A stretch of DNA of 38,824 nt from Enterobacteria phage AH67C600_Q5. Positions 38,754-38,824 of the stretch are shown here, one piece after another. The notes under the pieces were generated by a model. That model saw only the letters and a list, made by a program, of their open reading frames with translations. It was not told where the DNA came from and did no database searches. The DNA lies in sequence record MZ833439.1; one strand, given 5' to 3'. The position numbers and the translations under genes were made by a program. The stretch's first letter is position 1. Each line of letters opens with the position of its first letter.

Positions 38754-38824
38754 GACCATACCTAAAGACCATACCTAAAGACCATACCTAAAGACCATAC
38801 CTAAAGACCATACCTAAAGACCAT
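38754..38824. repeat. Tandem array of the 13-bp unit (accatacctaaag), about 5.5 copies, truncated by the window end; continuous with the array at 1-77
   Basis: Direct reading; preceded at 38650-38750 by dispersed cctaaag motifs as in the T7 left end. Confidence 0.9.

Overview
This window is a near-complete genome of a T7-group podovirus (Autographiviridae, coliphage T7-like). All genes are on the + strand and collinear with T7: host-RNAP promoters A1-A3, ocr (0.3), 0.7 kinase, T7-type RNA polymerase, ligase, SSB, endonuclease I, amidase, primase-helicase, DNA polymerase, exonuclease, portal, scaffold, tail, internal core, tail fiber, holin, terminase and the phiOR/19.5 right-end region. The window is a circular permutation of a linear genome: terminal-repeat-like sequence sits at about 38.49-38.66 kb and both window edges fall inside the same 13-bp tandem array. 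I found no tRNA, CRISPR array, integrase or lysogeny module, and no gene outside the T7 repertoire other than HNH homing endonucleases. The main anomalies are: (1) the major capsid gene (gene 10) is reduced to a roughly 350-bp frameshifted remnant; (2) every late (class III) promoter position (phi6.5, phi9, phi10, phi13, phi17) and the Tphi terminator is absent, while class II promoters remain; (3) the phi1.1A/R1.1/phi1.1B origin region is collapsed into one damaged promoter-like sequence; (4) the DNA polymerase gene is split by a 601-bp group I intron carrying an HNH ORF; (5) six HNH homing-endonuclease genes are present, at least three at positions where I recall no gene in T7. As written the genome cannot encode its own capsid, so it is either defective or helper-dependent, engineered or laboratory-evolved, or an assembly or synthetic artifact. 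Comparisons to T7 are from memory of the T7 reference and were not computed.
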